This document shows positions 12,801 to 27,359 of a stretch of 56,440 nt of DNA, in pieces; position 1 is the first letter of the stretch; each line of letters opens with the position of its first letter. Origin of the DNA: Octopus bimaculoides (taxonomy: Eukaryota); assembly GCF_001194135.2 (NCBI RefSeq), contig NC_069005.1, forward strand, positions 20,198,460-20,254,899, written 5' to 3'. Position numbers and translations under genes: made by a program. The notes below the pieces were generated by a model. The model was not told where the DNA came from and searched no databases. It saw only the letters and a list, made by a program, of their open reading frames with translations.

Positions 12801-13130
12801 TTCTACCCCACGATTCTCCCAGGAATAGTGGATGGAGATGCGAATCTTAACGAACGCAAAGGTAAGTTTTGTGTGCCCTGAAGAGAAATGAGCTCTGATG
12901 GACGTTTCACATAGGTGTCTTCTTTAGAGAAGGAGAGAGAGAGAGGGGGAGAGAGAGAGAGGGGGAGAGAGAGAGATGTATTTTGGTTCATTTATTTTCC
13001 TTTATTTATTATTGAATAAATGCTTCGTTTATTTTCAATCATAGTTACTCTAATGAAATAACATAAAATAAAGTAACGCTCAAAATCGGTTTCTAACTTT
13101 ACTTAAAAAAAAAAACATAAAAACTGGAAA

Positions 13131-13257
13131 ATGTCGGACGAAGCTTTTCGAAAAGCTGGATTAAATATTGATGAATTAAATAATATACGGTTATTAGATC
13201 CTGATATATTTCAACAGAGCTCTGAACTGAAGGACGCTTGCAAAGAATTTACAGACA
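13131..13257 (+). CDS. IFT20: Intraflagellar transport protein 20, coding exon 1
   Basis: MSDEAFRKAGLNIDELNNIRLLDPDIFQQSSELKDACKEFTD resembles the IFT20 N-terminus (AGLHFDELNKLRVLDP); donor gtaagt at 13258; 127 nt. Confidence 0.93.
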
Positions 13258-15399
13258 GTAAGTTTATTTATTTTGGTTACTTTATGTAATCTTTGAAGAG
13301 AAATCATTTCTCCATAGAAGTAAAACAAGACATTGTTTTGTTGGTAACCAAGGGACATCAATGTAATCAAAATAGTTGGTAGAGATGTAGTTTAGCTTGT
13401 TAAATTAATACTATTTCAGTGAACGAAAGTAATTATCAAATTACAACTGATAATTATTACGTAAATATTGTGCAGCAACGAAAGCTGTAGATATAAAAAT
13501 AGAAGGTTTGTTAATGATTTTTAAAAAAAGTTTAAGTTCGACTTCGGTGCGTCTATATGTATATATAACTCGATAGATCCTGATCTAACGTAGGATCTTT
13601 TACTAGCTAGAAATAACAGCTATATGTCCCTCAAGTCACAGTCACCGTCGTAAAGATGTGGTTCTGGATTCTCTGCACAGAGAGAAAAGATGTTTGTTTT
13701 ATCACGGCTGACCTGGAAGCTAAACAACAAAAAAAAACATGAAAGAAATTTCGTGTAACCTGTGAATCATAGAAAATATTAGGATCAGACAACGTAGGGG
13801 CCGAAGCCCACATTTTGGGGAGTAGCGAAAAGTGGGGACGGGGTTAGGGTGAAGAATCTACAAAATTCACTTCCCTTCCAAGAAACATAGCGATTTTCAT
13901 ATGAGTCGAACTTAGGACGTCAAGAAACGCAACTAAAATCGGTAGGTAAGTATTTTCGATGAGAAGCAGAGGAAAAACAATCCGGAATTTATTTAGAGTG
14001 TCGTCCATGAAATTGAAGACGAATAATTTGGCTACTTAGCGCCATCCGAATGGTATCTTCCATTTGTAGGTCAGCAAGATTACAGCATATTTTGGGGTTA
14101 AACAACAAGTGATTATTAAACGTCTTAGCATTTTCCATTCATGTTCACACACGCCTTAGATGCACTGACCGAATCTTCTCTTACACCTCCCCTCTTGTAC
14201 CTTTTGAGTTTGTTCTGGCACTCCATCACTACCATTTTTATCTCGTTCCCAACTACTCCCATCCACACCTTTATGTAATGTTAGGTAGCCATTATCTCCT
14301 CCATAACAACACACCTGTGCTCGTCTCTCTATCATACTTTAGCCTTTCAACACCTTGCATAAATCCACCTGCCTCTCTCACATGTACATTTAGTTGCAGG
14401 GGGACTTTTTCCTCCCCCCCCCCTGTTCTTTGCTGTCTTACAATAAGTTACTTGGCGGCCTCACTAGTGTTAGTGATATGAAAAAAAGCACTCAGTACAT
14501 ACTGGTTAGTTTTAGGAAGGGCATCTAGCCATAGAAATCATGGCAAAGCTGATACTGGAGCCACTAGATCATGTCAAACTGTCCAACCCATGCCAGCATA
14601 GAAAAAGGGACATTAAACAATGATCGTGATGAAATATATTGTGGGGAGGACTGTTTCCTTTTATTAGTCATTTGATTGTGGCCACCATGGAATGCAACCT
14701 TCACGTGTATCCTACTTAGTTATATCAAACCCTAAATACTTGTAGACTAAGAAGGCATGGTGGTCTGGTAGCAAGGGTGTCGAGTTTTTGATCCTAAGGT
14801 TATGCACTTGATTCTTGGACCAGGTAGTACATTGTTCTCTTGAGCAAGGCACTTCATTTCATTTCATGTTGCTACAGTCATATCAACTGAAAATGAGTGT
14901 CTGCCAAGTGCTGGTCCAATTCCCATTCCTTCCAGCTCTCACAGTCAGGATGTTTGCTGGCTGAAGGATAGAAGAATCAAGAGGGTGCTTATGCCTGTTT
15001 TCGACTACATATGTCCCTAAAACAATTAGCAAAACCTTGGTTCATGTTACCATGTCATCCTTCATTCTGAGCGACAGCCAGAGTTTAGTTACTTGCAGAC
15101 TAATGGTACTGTATTTTATCGATCCCCACAAATATGGAAGGCAAAGTCATTCTGAATGAGATTTGAACATAGAGGGATGAACTAAATACCATATGATTAT
15201 TATTATTATTATTATTATTATTAAGAAGTGTCAATGGGATTAGCCCCAACCCCCAAAATTTCAGGCCTTGTGCGTGTAGTAGAAAGGATCATTACTATTA
15301 TTAAGAAGGTGGTAAGCTGGCAGAATTGTTAGCATGCTGGATGAAATGCTTAGTGGCATTTCGCCCATTGCTATGTTCAGAGTTCAATAACTACCAACC

Positions 15400-16000
15400 T
15401 GTACTGCAACTCCCCTGGTATTGTCTTCACATCTCTCAGATACTTTCTGTTTTTTTTCTGCCAACCAACATGAAATCAATCTCTGTCTCATTCCCTCCTG
15501 CACTGAAAGTCACCTTCCTTTTCTCTGTTTTCCTAAACCATGTGTTCACCATACACAACTGTTTCTCATCGCAAAACTCCAATAGCATCCTTCCTTCCAC
15601 ATTTCTCTCCCCGATTCCATTTCCCCCATGCACACCCTCAAAGCCCTGGATCCATTTCCCAACATGTCCATTAAAATCACCCATGCCCAAAACCAATTCA
15701 TCTACACATTCACCTTCCTCTTCCTCAATTCTTCACACACCTCAGTTCCCCTTCCATGCAGACTGCCTACATTCCAACTTCCCAACATCGTCCCAAACTT
15801 TCTAGGAGCTGCATTTTCTATAGGGAGCATGCCCTTGCTTACCCCCAACCTTAGTTTCTAGACATGAGTGGTCCCAAGACCAAGGCTTCTACCACGATTT
15901 TTAAGAAATGTGGTGGAAAACTAGCTTGGAAGGCAGGGATACTACTCCCTGAGACCCCTTTTGGAGCCCCTCTACCTATCAATTCTACAATCCACCACCT
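15400..16000 (-). mobile_element. RTE-clade LINE endonuclease fragment
   Basis: GDFNGHVG…GVHGGNGIGERNVEGRMLLEFC…VNTWFRK…EIDFML. Confidence 0.8.
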
Positions 16001-16070
16001 TGGTGTTATCATTGTTATTCATGTAACTTACTATGTACTAAACCCGTGATGTTTTGTTTGTTTATTTCAG

Positions 16071-16156
16071 AAATCGAGTCCTTTCATAAAATCGTAGCGT
16101 CTGTCATTGCAGTAGTTGACAATGTTGCAAAGGAAGTGGAAAAAGAGAAAATGAAG
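16071..16156 (+). CDS. IFT20: IFT20 coding exon 2
   Basis: ttatttcag| (K)IESFHKIVASVIAVVDNVAKEVEKEKMK |gtacat; 86 nt, phase consistent. Confidence 0.92.
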
Positions 16157-17682
16157 GTACATCTACCTCATTACTTCTCAAACTTTTTAAACCATTGCTT
16201 CTTTTTCTCTCACTAATATCTATTCAATGCCCCACCACCACTAGCTATGATAATCATGAATATCGATATATATGCACCATATTAGATTAAATACACCACA
16301 TAGAAATACTGATGTTTAGGCATTAACCCTTTAGCATTCAGATTCCTGTGTTAAATGTAATGTTTATTCACAGTGTTTTGAATTAATCATCCATTATCTT
16401 GTAGCTTCTTCAAATGTTGGGCCTCAGGGATGCAAGGACAAGTGACCAAGACCTTGGTGATATGCTGTGCTTGAGAAGCCCAGTATACCCTTCATTACCA
16501 CCCGTCTGATAAAGATACACCAAGCACATGCACCACAACCATATGTGCGCGACATGGTGGTCTCATATCAGGATAAACAGCGCATGACCTTGCAGGTGGG
16601 GCCCAGTTAGAATTTTCTTCAGGTCAAGTAGCCCATCCTACTCAAAAGGTCACTGAATAAGGTTTGTTTTAAGGATGATGAACGAAACACCCATATTTCC
16701 AGAGGTGAATTATTCAAACCTCAAAGAATTCCCCTCAACACATAGCGATGATGCTCCTCCACTACTTCTGCTCATGATCAGAAATGCACATATCATCAGC
16801 CACCAAGGGACATGCTCAACTGGTTAAGGTCAAACAACTGACAAGCAAATCTGTGGTATTGAGCAGAATATTTGTGTAGCCCATCTTTTATACCAAGACA
16901 AACCAATGTACATGATAACACTATCAATCAGTTAAGATCAGAAGTCATGAGAGCCACTGTCTGGTAGAGTGCCAAGCTGGCAGAATTGTTAGCACACCAG
17001 GCAAAATTCTTAGCAGCATTTTATCCATCTTTATGTTCTGAGTTCAAATTCCACCAAGGTTGACTTTGCCTTTCACCCTTTTGAGGTTGATAAAGTAAGT
17101 ACCAGTTGAGCATCGGGGTCAATGTAATTGACTTAGCTCCTCCCCTGATCTTACTGGCTTTGTCCCAAAATTTGAAACCAATATTACTGAAAGTGGCAAA
17201 CTGGCAGAATCATTAGAGCATCAGACAAAGTGCTTGGTGGCATTTCATCCAGCTCTTTATTCTGCTCTGAGCTCAAATACCATCAAAAACAATTTTACCT
17301 TTCATCCTTGCAAAGACAACAAAAAATACAATACCCATCACGTACTGGGAATAATGTAATCAACTTTCCCAACTCTTCAAAATTGTTGTCCTTGTACCAA
17401 AATTTGAAAGATTTACTACTATTGAGGGTGATGAGCTGGCAGAATTGTAGAAGGGTTGGGAAAAGAATACGTATTTGTTCCTACTAGAGTCATTTTTACC
17501 TTTCATCCTTTTGAGGTTGATAATAAAAATACTACAAATTGAACACAGGAGTTAATGTAATCAACTTCACCCACTCCTTAAAACTGCTATCCTTGTGTCT
17601 AAATCAGAAGCCATTATTATTATTGCAGTTGTTTTTATTATTCAAGAAATCATTGTTTGTATTATATGTTTCCCTTAATCAG

Positions 17683-17786
17683 GCAATTGGTTCAAGGAAC
17701 ATGCTGAAATCCATAACGAAACAGAGAGAAGCAGAACAGATGCAACTTTTGGCACTGATCACAGAAAAAACAATGCAGTTAGAAAG
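17683..17786 (+). CDS. IFT20: IFT20 coding exon 3
   Basis: cag| [34 protein letters not shown](R) |gtcaga; 104 nt. Confidence 0.95.
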
Positions 17787-19536
17787 GTCAGAGTCTACTT
17801 TTTCACATTTTTTTAATACTTACCAAGTCTGCAGGAAACAGCAGAGCCTGAGCTTTGTAGGCCCTCCAAGATCAGTGAGTTTGATGCCATTAATGTTCTG
17901 TTTAAACTGTTGTAGCTCAACACCTGCAGGAATGACATGAGTAGAGATTCCAGGGGCACCTTGACTGAGGCCTTATAAGTGGATTTGGTAGACAGAAATT
18001 GAAAGAGGCCTGGCATATGCATGCATATCACAATCATCATCATTTAATGTCTGTTTTCCAAGATGGCATGGGTTGGATGGTTCAACAGGAACTGGCAAGC
18101 CAGAGGGCTATTCTATGCTCTAATGTCTGCTTTGGCATGGCTTCTGTGGCTGGATAACTTTCTTTCTGCCAACCATTTTACACAGTGTAGTAGATGCTTT
18201 TTACATGGCACCAACAACAGTGAAGTCACCAAATAACCTACAAGATGATGCTCCGCAACCAAAGGGTGGAGAGCACTGTTGGGAGACAGAGAAAGGTGTT
18301 TTGCATCAGAGAGGAAACATGGCTACCTCAGGTGGGGAGTACACATGTCACATAAAAGGCGTCCAGTACATTCTGTAAAGTGGGTGTCATTAGGAAGGGC
18401 AGGCGGTAGAGCTTGGCGCAGTCTTCTGACTTGCCAGATCCTATCAAACCATCCAACCCATGTCAACACAGAAAATGAATGTTACATGATGATGAGGATA
18501 CATATACATGTGTGAGTCTCCTTGTCTTGACATCATGTGATAGTTGTAAATAAATGTCACACAAGCAGTGTCCTTCACCTTTCACTTCCAGTCTTCTGTG
18601 AAAATGTGTCCACTCATGGAGAAATATTACTTTAGTCAGAAACAGGTGAAGATTGATGACAATAAGGGCATCCAGCCATGAAAGCTCAGCCTTAATGAAT
18701 CCAATCTATGTGAACCATGACTTATCTCATGCTCTTTATTTACCTTAGCAGTGTTAGAGACACCATGAAAACAGGGTCACACACGCTACTCTTCCTGTCC
18801 CTCATTGACAAAGACATTGCAGAAAAATACAAAACAAAGGACAACAGTCTTTCACAAGTTGTAATTGGCCCCAGAAGAATGAAAGCTACTGTCAAATCTT
18901 GCTGTGATCTGAACATCAAGAGACATGTAAATGCTGAAATCTTACTCCACTGCTGTTATTATTATTCTTTTCTACTCTAGGCACAAGGCCCAGAATTTGG
19001 GGGGAGTGGGCCAGTCAATTAGATTGATCCCAGTACACTACACTGGTACTTAATTTATCGATCCCGAAAGGATGAAAGATAAAGTCAACCTCAGTGAAAT
19101 TTGAACTTAGAACGTAAAGGCAGACGAAATACCGCTAAGCAATTTGCCCAGTGTGCTAACATTATTATTAATGTTGTTAAGGCAAAGAGTTGGCAGAATC
19201 GTTAGTGCACTGGGCTAAATGCTTAGCAGTATTTCGTCTGCCACTACGTTCTGAGTTCAAATTCCACCAAGGTCGACTTTGCCTTTCATCCTTTTGGAGT
19301 CATTCATTTGTAGTATTCTGCAAAAAACATGTCTGGCCATCGGGAAATATTATCTTGCTTGGAAACAGGAAGGGTATCAAGCCATAGAAAATCTGCCTCA
19401 ACAAATTCCTTCTCACCCATGATGGCATAGAAAAGTGAACATTAAATGATGATATATGAATTCTTACAACAACTACTATCATACCTTTACTCTATTTCTT
19501 GTAATGAAATTGTTTTTCCTTGTCTTTTATTTTCAG

Positions 19537-19618
19537 ATTACGCATCCAACATGAAGCTTTGTTAAAACAGGAAAGAGATCAAAATGAATTTATTGAACAG
19601 TTAATGCTAGAAAAATAA
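19537..19618 (+). CDS. IFT20: IFT20 coding exon 4 (last)
   Basis: ttttcag| (R)LRIQHEALLKQERDQNEFIEQLMLEK*; four exons sum to 399 nt = 132 aa + stop. Confidence 0.93.
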
Positions 19619-19783
19619 TGGGCATCTTTTTTGCAGAAGGTTCTTCAACAAAAATCTATTTTATATGTGGTTTGAAAAAAAAAAAAATATATATATATAT
19701 CAATCATGTAAAAATTAATTTAATATTCTCCCACCCCCCATCCTCATGTTTGAAAAGAAATTATTTTCTATTAAAGTTCTTTC

Positions 19784-19789
19784 AATAAA
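19784..19789 (+). terminator. Candidate polyadenylation signal for IFT20
   Basis: AATAAA about 165 nt after the stop codon, followed by U-rich sequence. Confidence 0.4.
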
Positions 19790-21439
19790 ATGCACATTTT
19801 AAACTTTTCGAATCATTTTACTTAATATATTTAATGGTAGATATGATGGATGTTTTGCTACTCCACCAAAAAAAAATGTCCCAAAAAAATCACCCCAGGT
19901 CTAATATGCAAAGTTGTGCCCCCCATATACTTTAATGCTCTAAAACCTATTTATTTCCTGAATATGTGCTACTGAAATCCTAGTGCATCTGATATGCCTG
20001 TGTGTTTTATGCCATTAAATATGGTAGGTTTTATTTTTTTTCCTATGTATGCCTGGATTGGATGGATCTCACAGTATCTTGTCACCTACCAACTCTTAAG
20101 GGATACATCATACAGTAATGGACTGCATGACATTTTAATGTACTACCAGGACAAGAGATATTGTCTTCAGTCGCACTAAAGAGTACCTTCTATTCTCTTA
20201 TTTCATTTACTGAACTATTTTAGTTCTGATTTCAGTTACTGCCCTCTTAGCTCCTCGACACCTAACCTCTGATGTGGCTCATGGTGGCTAGGAGATATTA
20301 TCACTAAGACGTTTTGGTATCACTGATTCAATACTGACTTACTTAACATCAGACGTTTTGATGCTTCTCTTTGTGTGTGTGTGAACATATTTCTTTTTAA
20401 ATATATCAAGAGAAGGAAAGAGTTTATGTCATTTATGTTCAGTTGATAAATTGTAATCTCTTCCCCCCTCTCTCACTCTGTGTGTGTGTGTGTGAACATA
20501 TTTCTCTTTATGAGAGGGAAAGTGTTTATGTCAATCATGTTCGTTAATAAAATGTGATAAACCAAAACAGGTTGACTGTCCAGTAAGCTGTGCCAAATCA
20601 CCAACATCCAAATAGCTGTACCTGATCGTCTCATGGTGTCCACATCTTTAGATTTTGTTTAGTAGACACAGAGATGGTTTATCACAAGTGATGGGTGGCA
20701 ACAGGAAAAGCAACCAGTTGTGCAAAATCAACCTTGATGAATTCTAACCTATGCAAGCATGGAAAAATGAAAGTAAAAATGATATAAATGACAATACTGT
20801 TCGCCTAAATAAGTTGCCTGTACTGAGACTTGCAGGAGTCCATAATTCCTTTGTTTTGAAATAAAGCAAATTTAGATTACATAACTTCTGAAATATCAGA
20901 GAAGGTAATCAAATAATCAATCCATCAATCAATAAACAAATTGATAAATCTTCTGTTATTTTGTTCCCCAAATCAACATGACAATGTGAAGCCAAGGCAG
21001 ATCATTAAATTGCCAACCTTATGAGTGGATTTGGTAGACAGAAACTGAAAAAAGTGCATTATGTGTGTGTGGCTCCATCTAGCCATGCTACTTTGTCACT
21101 AGCAGGGCAACCACTACCTATACCTAAAGTCTCTCTTGGTACCTCACTCTATTGCTCTCCCCCACCAACAAGGCCCATTAGCAATGACAGTACTACAATA
21201 TAAGGTGTAGCTAGCTTGCTCACTTCAGAAATATAACAAGGGTACTTGCCAGTTAATTATCAGCACTAGTTTATCTTTGCATAATCAATAGTCTATACCT
21301 CAATTTCTTCCCATGCTAGATGCAGCAGGTGTGAAGTGAATAAGTGACAGTAAGTTAAAACTTAAATGAAACTTATTTGAACTTATATAATGTCAGGCAA
21401 ACATGCATCCAAACCTTTTTCAAATGCAGAATGTTATCC

Positions 21440-23380
21440 TCCATCCCTGTGTTCTCTTTTGCTACCCCTTCCTCACCCTTAGAAACGGCACACTCAACAT
21501 GGGCACATTGAAAGGTGAGTCTGGTGAGATTGTTGAGATGCTGGAATGAAACATATGGATGTGTGTTGCATCTAAAAAGGGAGCTTCTGCCAGTTTGCTC
21601 ACAGGCAAAGAGCATAAGTATAAAATCTGGGTCGGCAATAGTGATGGGGTTAGTAGTGTGGACATACTTCTATCTGAGAAATGGGTTGATAAGGCAATCA
21701 AAATAGGCAGTGTGTGATAGGATATTTAGGCTTAAACTAGTTTTGTAAAGTGGAACTGCAACTATTATTTCTGCCAATGCTCCTCAACCAGGGCTACCAG
21801 AGGAACAGAAAAATCAATTTTATCAGAACTTTTTGCAGACTACTCCAGCGACAAATGACAGTGGCTGGTAATTTCAAAGGACGTGTTGGGCAGCATCCAG
21901 GTGGCTTCCATGGAGGCCATGGATTTGATTCCTACAACAAGGAGGGAACCAGGCTGGTGGAGTTCTCTAATGAAAATTACTTTATGACCTGCAATAGTAA
22001 CTTAAGGAAACCAGCTAGTCACCTGTTCGCCTATCAATCTGGTGGACAAACAAGCCAGATTGACTACATTCTCATCAGAAAGCAGGAAAGATGGTTGCAT
22101 CATCATCAAATGCAAAAACCTTCCCAAGTGAAGAGTGCACCCCTCAACATGGGTTGAAAATAGCCAATCTGGAAGCTTAAGGATCCTCTGAATAGTCAGA
22201 GATTTAGTAGTACAGAGAACAACAGGAGGTTTCTATGGGACAACAATGAGGGCTACAGACCAAATTTGTGGGTAGTGCAAAATCCATTCCAGATCTAAGG
22301 TAACATTTGCAGTGGAACAGTGTAGTAGGCAGGGCCATTAGAGCAAAGAAACAGGGCTGGAAGTGGAACTATAACAGGAGCTAAAAGACGGGCTAGGAAA
22401 CGCATGTTTTGCCAGGGGAGAAGCAGAAAAGAAGAAGTTTGCCAATGTTCAGCAGCTTGAGGTTTTTCAGATTGCAAGACTGTGTGAGAGAGAAAATTGT
22501 GATGTAGGAGAGAAGTGTTTACATGAATGATGGATCACTAGCAGTTAGTGATTCTGCAAAGTAAGAGGCTTGGAAATGCCATTATGAAAGGCTGCTAAAT
22601 GTAGAGAATACGTGGGAGAAGAGTCTGCTTAATATGGACCCAGTTATCCGAACTGACAGTAACTTGGTAGATAAAGAAATTAAGGATATGAAGACTGGGA
22701 AAGCTCCCAACCCTTCAGGAATCTCTGCTGAGATGCTTAAAATACCTGGCAGAGTGGGATATGGTCTTGTCACCTGTAGAGACAATCAGGTTGTCATACT
22801 GAATGACTGGTGTAGCAGCATTATAGTCAACTGCTACAAAGGTAAAGGTGACACTTTAGAAATAATTACAAAGGTATCAAATTGCTGGAAAAGGTCATGA
22901 AAGTTACAGAATAGGTCATTGCTAAACTTATTAGGAAGAGAGTTAGCCTGGATGAGATGCAGTTCAATCTTGAACCAGGGAGAAGCACCACTGATGCTAT
23001 CTTCCTGATAAGGCAACTGCAGAAGAAGCATTTAACCAAGAAAAACCTCTGTACTTGGCTTTTGCAGACCCAGAGAAAGCCTTTGACAGAGTCCCCCGCT
23101 ACCTCCTCTGGTGGTCAAGGCAGAAGCTAGAGATAGATGAGTGATTAGTGAGAGCTGTACAAGCTGTATACAGGGATGCTGCCAGTAAGGTGAAGGTTGG
23201 CAATAAGTTTAGCAATGAATTTAGTGTTCACCAAGGATTGGTTCTCAGACTCCTCTTGTTTATCGAAGCCCTCCAGGCCATAACAGAGGAATTTAATATT
23301 GGCTCCCCTTGAGAGCTCCTCTACACTGATAACCTTGTTCTTATAGCTGAATCACTACTTGAACTAGAAAGGAAAGGAAA
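21440..23380 (+). mobile_element. Degenerate RTE-clade LINE (endonuclease + RT)
   Basis: GGFHGGHGF…NKEGTRLVEF…SQIDYIL; KTGKAPNPSGISAEMLK; GRSTTDAIFLIRQLQ; KAFDRVP; many stops and frameshifts. Confidence 0.85.
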
Positions 23381-23601
23381 ATTTGGGTTTAAGAAGCATC
23401 AGTCATGAAAGCACCAATGCCAGTACCAATGCAGGGTCATGTAAAAGCACATTGAGGTGGTTGGCAGTAGGAAGGGCATCCAGCCATAGGAACCATGCCA
23501 AAACAGACAATTGGAACCTGGGCAGCTCTCCAGCTCCAGCTCAACTGTCCAGCCAAGCCAGCATGGAAAACGAACATTAAACAACGATGATGAGATTTTA
23601 C

Positions 23602-23665
<64 letters not shown>

Positions 23666-24416
23666 TTATATAATAAAAACCACAAAGTCTTGTAAAATAC
23701 AGTTAAGCAGGGTTTCTTAGCCGAATTATGAATATATTTTATTTATCAAGCTGATAAAAACAATGTGTTACTATCTCCTTGCCTTGACATCAAGCAATAG
23801 TTGCAAGCATGAGAAATAGAGAGGGCGATGGAGAGTGGGGGGGGGGGTTTAATTTCCAATTGTGTTCGCATTGTCAGTCAGCTATATACAATAATTATGT
23901 TTACCTCTCTCATATATTGAAGTTCCATAGTTCACTAATTTTGTGTGAACACCAGTGGAAATAATTAAAATGAGAAAAAAAAAACCCCACCTTACTTGAA
24001 AATCAAGCAAACGCTGATGACTGGAAGGACATCCAGGCACAGAATACTGCCTGAATAACTTATGTCCAACTCATGCCAGCATAGAAACAAAAAGCAGATC
24101 ATCACAATCACTTAATATGTTTTCGATGCTGGCATGGGCTGAATGATTTGGCAGAAGCTTGCAAATCAATAGGCTGCATCAAACTCTGTCTTCTTTGGCA
24201 TGGTTACTATGGTTGGATACCCTCCGTAATGCCAACCACTTTATGGAGTGTACTGGGTGCTTTTTATATGACACCAGCACTGGTGAAGTCACTAAGTAAC
24301 TTGAAAGGTAAGACTCCCTCAACTGAGTGGCAAGTGATTTGAGCAAGGTGGATTTGTACTAGGTGAGGAGAGGTTAGAGTAGGAATAGAGGGACAGAAAT
24401 AGGAATCTTGCATTAA

Positions 24417-24619
24417 CCCTTTAGTATTTAAACAGGCCATATCTGGCCAAAATATTCTGCTTGGCCACATCCAACATCTCACATCTATCCTACAATACCA
24501 TTCTAAAAATAAACAATCACATCGTCAAAATCTTGAAGCCACAAGATAATGCATGATTAATTCAAAACAATGTGAATAAATAGGCATTACATTTGACAAT
24601 AAATCTGAATGCTAAAAGG
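24417..24619. mobile_element. piggyBac-like MITE
   Basis: TTAA followed by CCCTTTAG…; right end ctgaatgctaaaagg. Partial copies near 16325 and 34700. Confidence 0.6.
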
Positions 24620-24974
24620 TGAGAGGAGATTCATGGCTACCTCAGTAGGAGAGAAGATACAGAAAATGTGATTAATACTAGATATAGTGATGACAATGAT
24701 GATGGTAAAACAAAAATTCAGTAAAGCAAACCTTGAAACATCTCAAAACTTTATTTTCTGTTTTTATTTTTATTTTTCATATTTTTGGTTGTAGTTTTTT
24801 TTTTGTTTGTTTGTTTGTTTGTTTAAAATCTTCACTGCTCCATTCTTACATCAACTTTTTTGCATCAACTGTAATATTTCTGTATGTGCATCTCTGTCTG
24901 TGTCTCCCTCGATATCATCTCCCTGCATCCATCCATCCGTCGATTTTGGTTTGTAAAGGCAGTTCAAGTGAGTA

Positions 24975-25157
24975 CTATTTCTTCCGAAGCCTGTGCCTGT
25001 CCAGCCTCTCTTCTAAGTCTTCATCGCTGTGATAGACGGTCGCCATTGAGCCACTGCGTGACGGCATAACAAAGTCCTTGTCAGGTTTTATATCGACATT
25101 TTCATAACACAAAACATTTAAAGTTTCCTCAAAGATCCTTGCTTCCGGATAATCAAC
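24975..25157 (-). CDS. KCTD10: KCTD10/BACURD coding exon 5 (last)
   Basis: cag| VDYPEARIFEETLNVLCYE…HSDEDLEERLDRHRLRKK*; five exons total 861 nt = 286 aa + stop. Confidence 0.9.
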   Translation of the reverse strand, partial: VDYPEARIFEETLNVLCYENVDIKPDKDFVMPSRSGSMATVYHSDEDLEERLDRHRLRKK

Positions 25158-25806
25158 CTGGAATGTTTGATGGTGCAAAAAGGGAAGTAAAGAAAGATTA
25201 AAACATGTAGGACTACATTCAATATGAAGCATAACTCCCTACCAATACTACCAGACTCTTATTCCATTACCTGATTAGAAATAACCTCTCATCAACTGAG
25301 AAAGCCATCTCCAGCAATGCTACACCCTTCCCTCAGTTTTAGCAGGGAAGGGTGTAGCATTGCTGGAGATGTCTTTCAAGTTACCAATGGTGCCATTACC
25401 AAGTCCTGAAGTCCATAACAAATACCACCTGTAGGTTTAGGCACTGCACATCTAACCAATGAAAAAGAAAAGTATTTTCATTGGGGGCAGAAGACGGATC
25501 AAATCTTCAGGCCTGAGAAAGCAACTGTAAGTTCCCAGAAAGTGTTGCCATAATATCTCTAAAATCAGACATGAGGTTGTTCTCAGAAGCTTCTCCAAAC
25601 ACATTATCTAATTAGGATTCTCTGTTAACAAGAAGGACCATACTGAGGAGGTAAATGAGAGGAAGAGAGCAAAGTATGCTGATCTATTGGGAAAATGTTG
25701 GAAAACCAAGCAGAAAAAGAGGATTAGCAGTAAGTCCTGATTACTACAGGGGCCAATAGGTGAAGGACCATCAAGTTGGCCACCAAAGTAGTGGAAGTGG
25801 TTTTAA

Positions 25807-26028
25807 CCCTTTTGATACTAACCCACTTGAGACCATCCCTGGTTCTTTGACACAAACTTCTTATTTTAAAGTGTCCTAAATTAAAACCTTGCATCTAAAT
25901 TCCATGTTAATTTATGTTCCAAACACCAGCTTAATATTGAAAAAGTTATTTTACTAAATGCATCATTATTTTGTAAATCAACTGAAAGAAAAGCAGTGTA
26001 TTTTAATAAAAATATGGTAACAAAATGG
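25807..26028. mobile_element. piggyBac-like MITE (second family)
   Basis: TTAA on both sides (25803-06, 26029-32); ends CCCTTTTGATA… / …TAACAAAATGG. Confidence 0.6.
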
Positions 26029-26711
26029 TTAATATACTGATATATATTTGTCTTTTGTTATCTTCCAAACACCATCTTAATTTACTGAAATACATCTGTC
26101 ATTAAGAAAAGGATACTTTGGATAATTGTTGTCTCAGATAACCATATCTAAACTGCCTTTGGTTATCAGTCTGTTTGACCATACTTGTCAGTACATAAAG
26201 AACTAGATATATTTGTTTTAAAGTGATCTGAATTAAAACCTTCCATCAAAATTTCTTGTCAATTTATGTTCTAAACACCAGCTTAATAACAAAGTTATTT
26301 TACTAAATTCTACAGTATATTAAAAATTGAAATAAAGGCAGTGTATTTCAACAGAAATCTGCTAACAAAATGGCTAATATACCAATATACATTATAGTCA
26401 TTTTGTTATCTTCCAAACCCCATCTTAATTTACATTTGTCTTTAAGAGAGGAGTGTATGAGATAATTGCTTGTCCCAGATAGCCACAGCTTGATTGACTT
26501 TGCTTAGAGGTCCGTTTGCCCAGGGCTGACCAGGAGAAACAACTACTTATGTTTATACAAAGTTTTGTCCTCTGGAATCAAAGAGATGGCATGTTAATTG
26601 GGTCTTCATTCTCCATCTATAACCCTTTTGATATCAACCCACCTGAAACGGCCCCTGGTTCTTTAATACAAATTTACTGTAAAATCAAAATTAAATGGAA
26701 ATTGTAGTTGT

Positions 26712-26935
26712 GGCCAATGCCAGTGCCACCCGACTGGCTCCCATGCTGGTGGCACACAAGCACCATTCATGCATGGGTTGTTGCTAGTTCCGCCTAACTG
26801 GCTCCCTGTGCCAGTGACACGTAAAAAGCACCATCTGAACATGGTCGATGCCAGCCACACCGCCCCGACTAGCTCCTGTGCCAGTAGCACATAAAAAGCA
26901 CCATCTGAACGTGGCCAATGCCAGTGCCGCCTGAC
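26712..26935. repeat. Imperfect minisatellite (about 60-75-bp units) preceding a SINE
   Basis: Recurrent gccaatgccagtgcc…ctggctcc(c)tgtgccagt…aaaaagcaccatctgaac. Confidence 0.65.
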
Positions 26936-27359
26936 TTGCTTACCAACCACATAGTTCCGGGTTCAGTCCCACTGTGTGGAATCTTGGGCAAGTGTCTTCT
27001 ACTATAGCCTCGGGCCGACCAAAGCCTTGTGAGTGGATTTGGTAGACGGAAACTGAAAGAAGCCCGTCGTATATATGTATATATATATATGTGTGTGTAT
27101 GTGTTTGTGTGTCTGTGTCACTTAGCGGTTCGGCAAAAGAGACCGATAGAGTAAGTACTAGGCTTACAAAGAATAAGTCCCGGGGTCGATTTGCTCGACT
27201 AAAGGCGGTGCTCCAGCATGGCCGCAGTCAAATGACCGAAACAAGTAAAAGAGTAAGAGTAAAGAGTAATGAAAAGAAAGAGAATAAAATGAAAGAGATA
27301 ATAAAAGAGATGATCAAAGATGGAGAGGAAGAGACTAAAACATGGCAGACAGATATTAC

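Noticed and set aside
26712-26935. Repeat-spacer-like pattern resembling a CRISPR array
   Set aside because: Eukaryotic context; the 'spacers' are themselves similar to each other (minisatellite); no cas genes.
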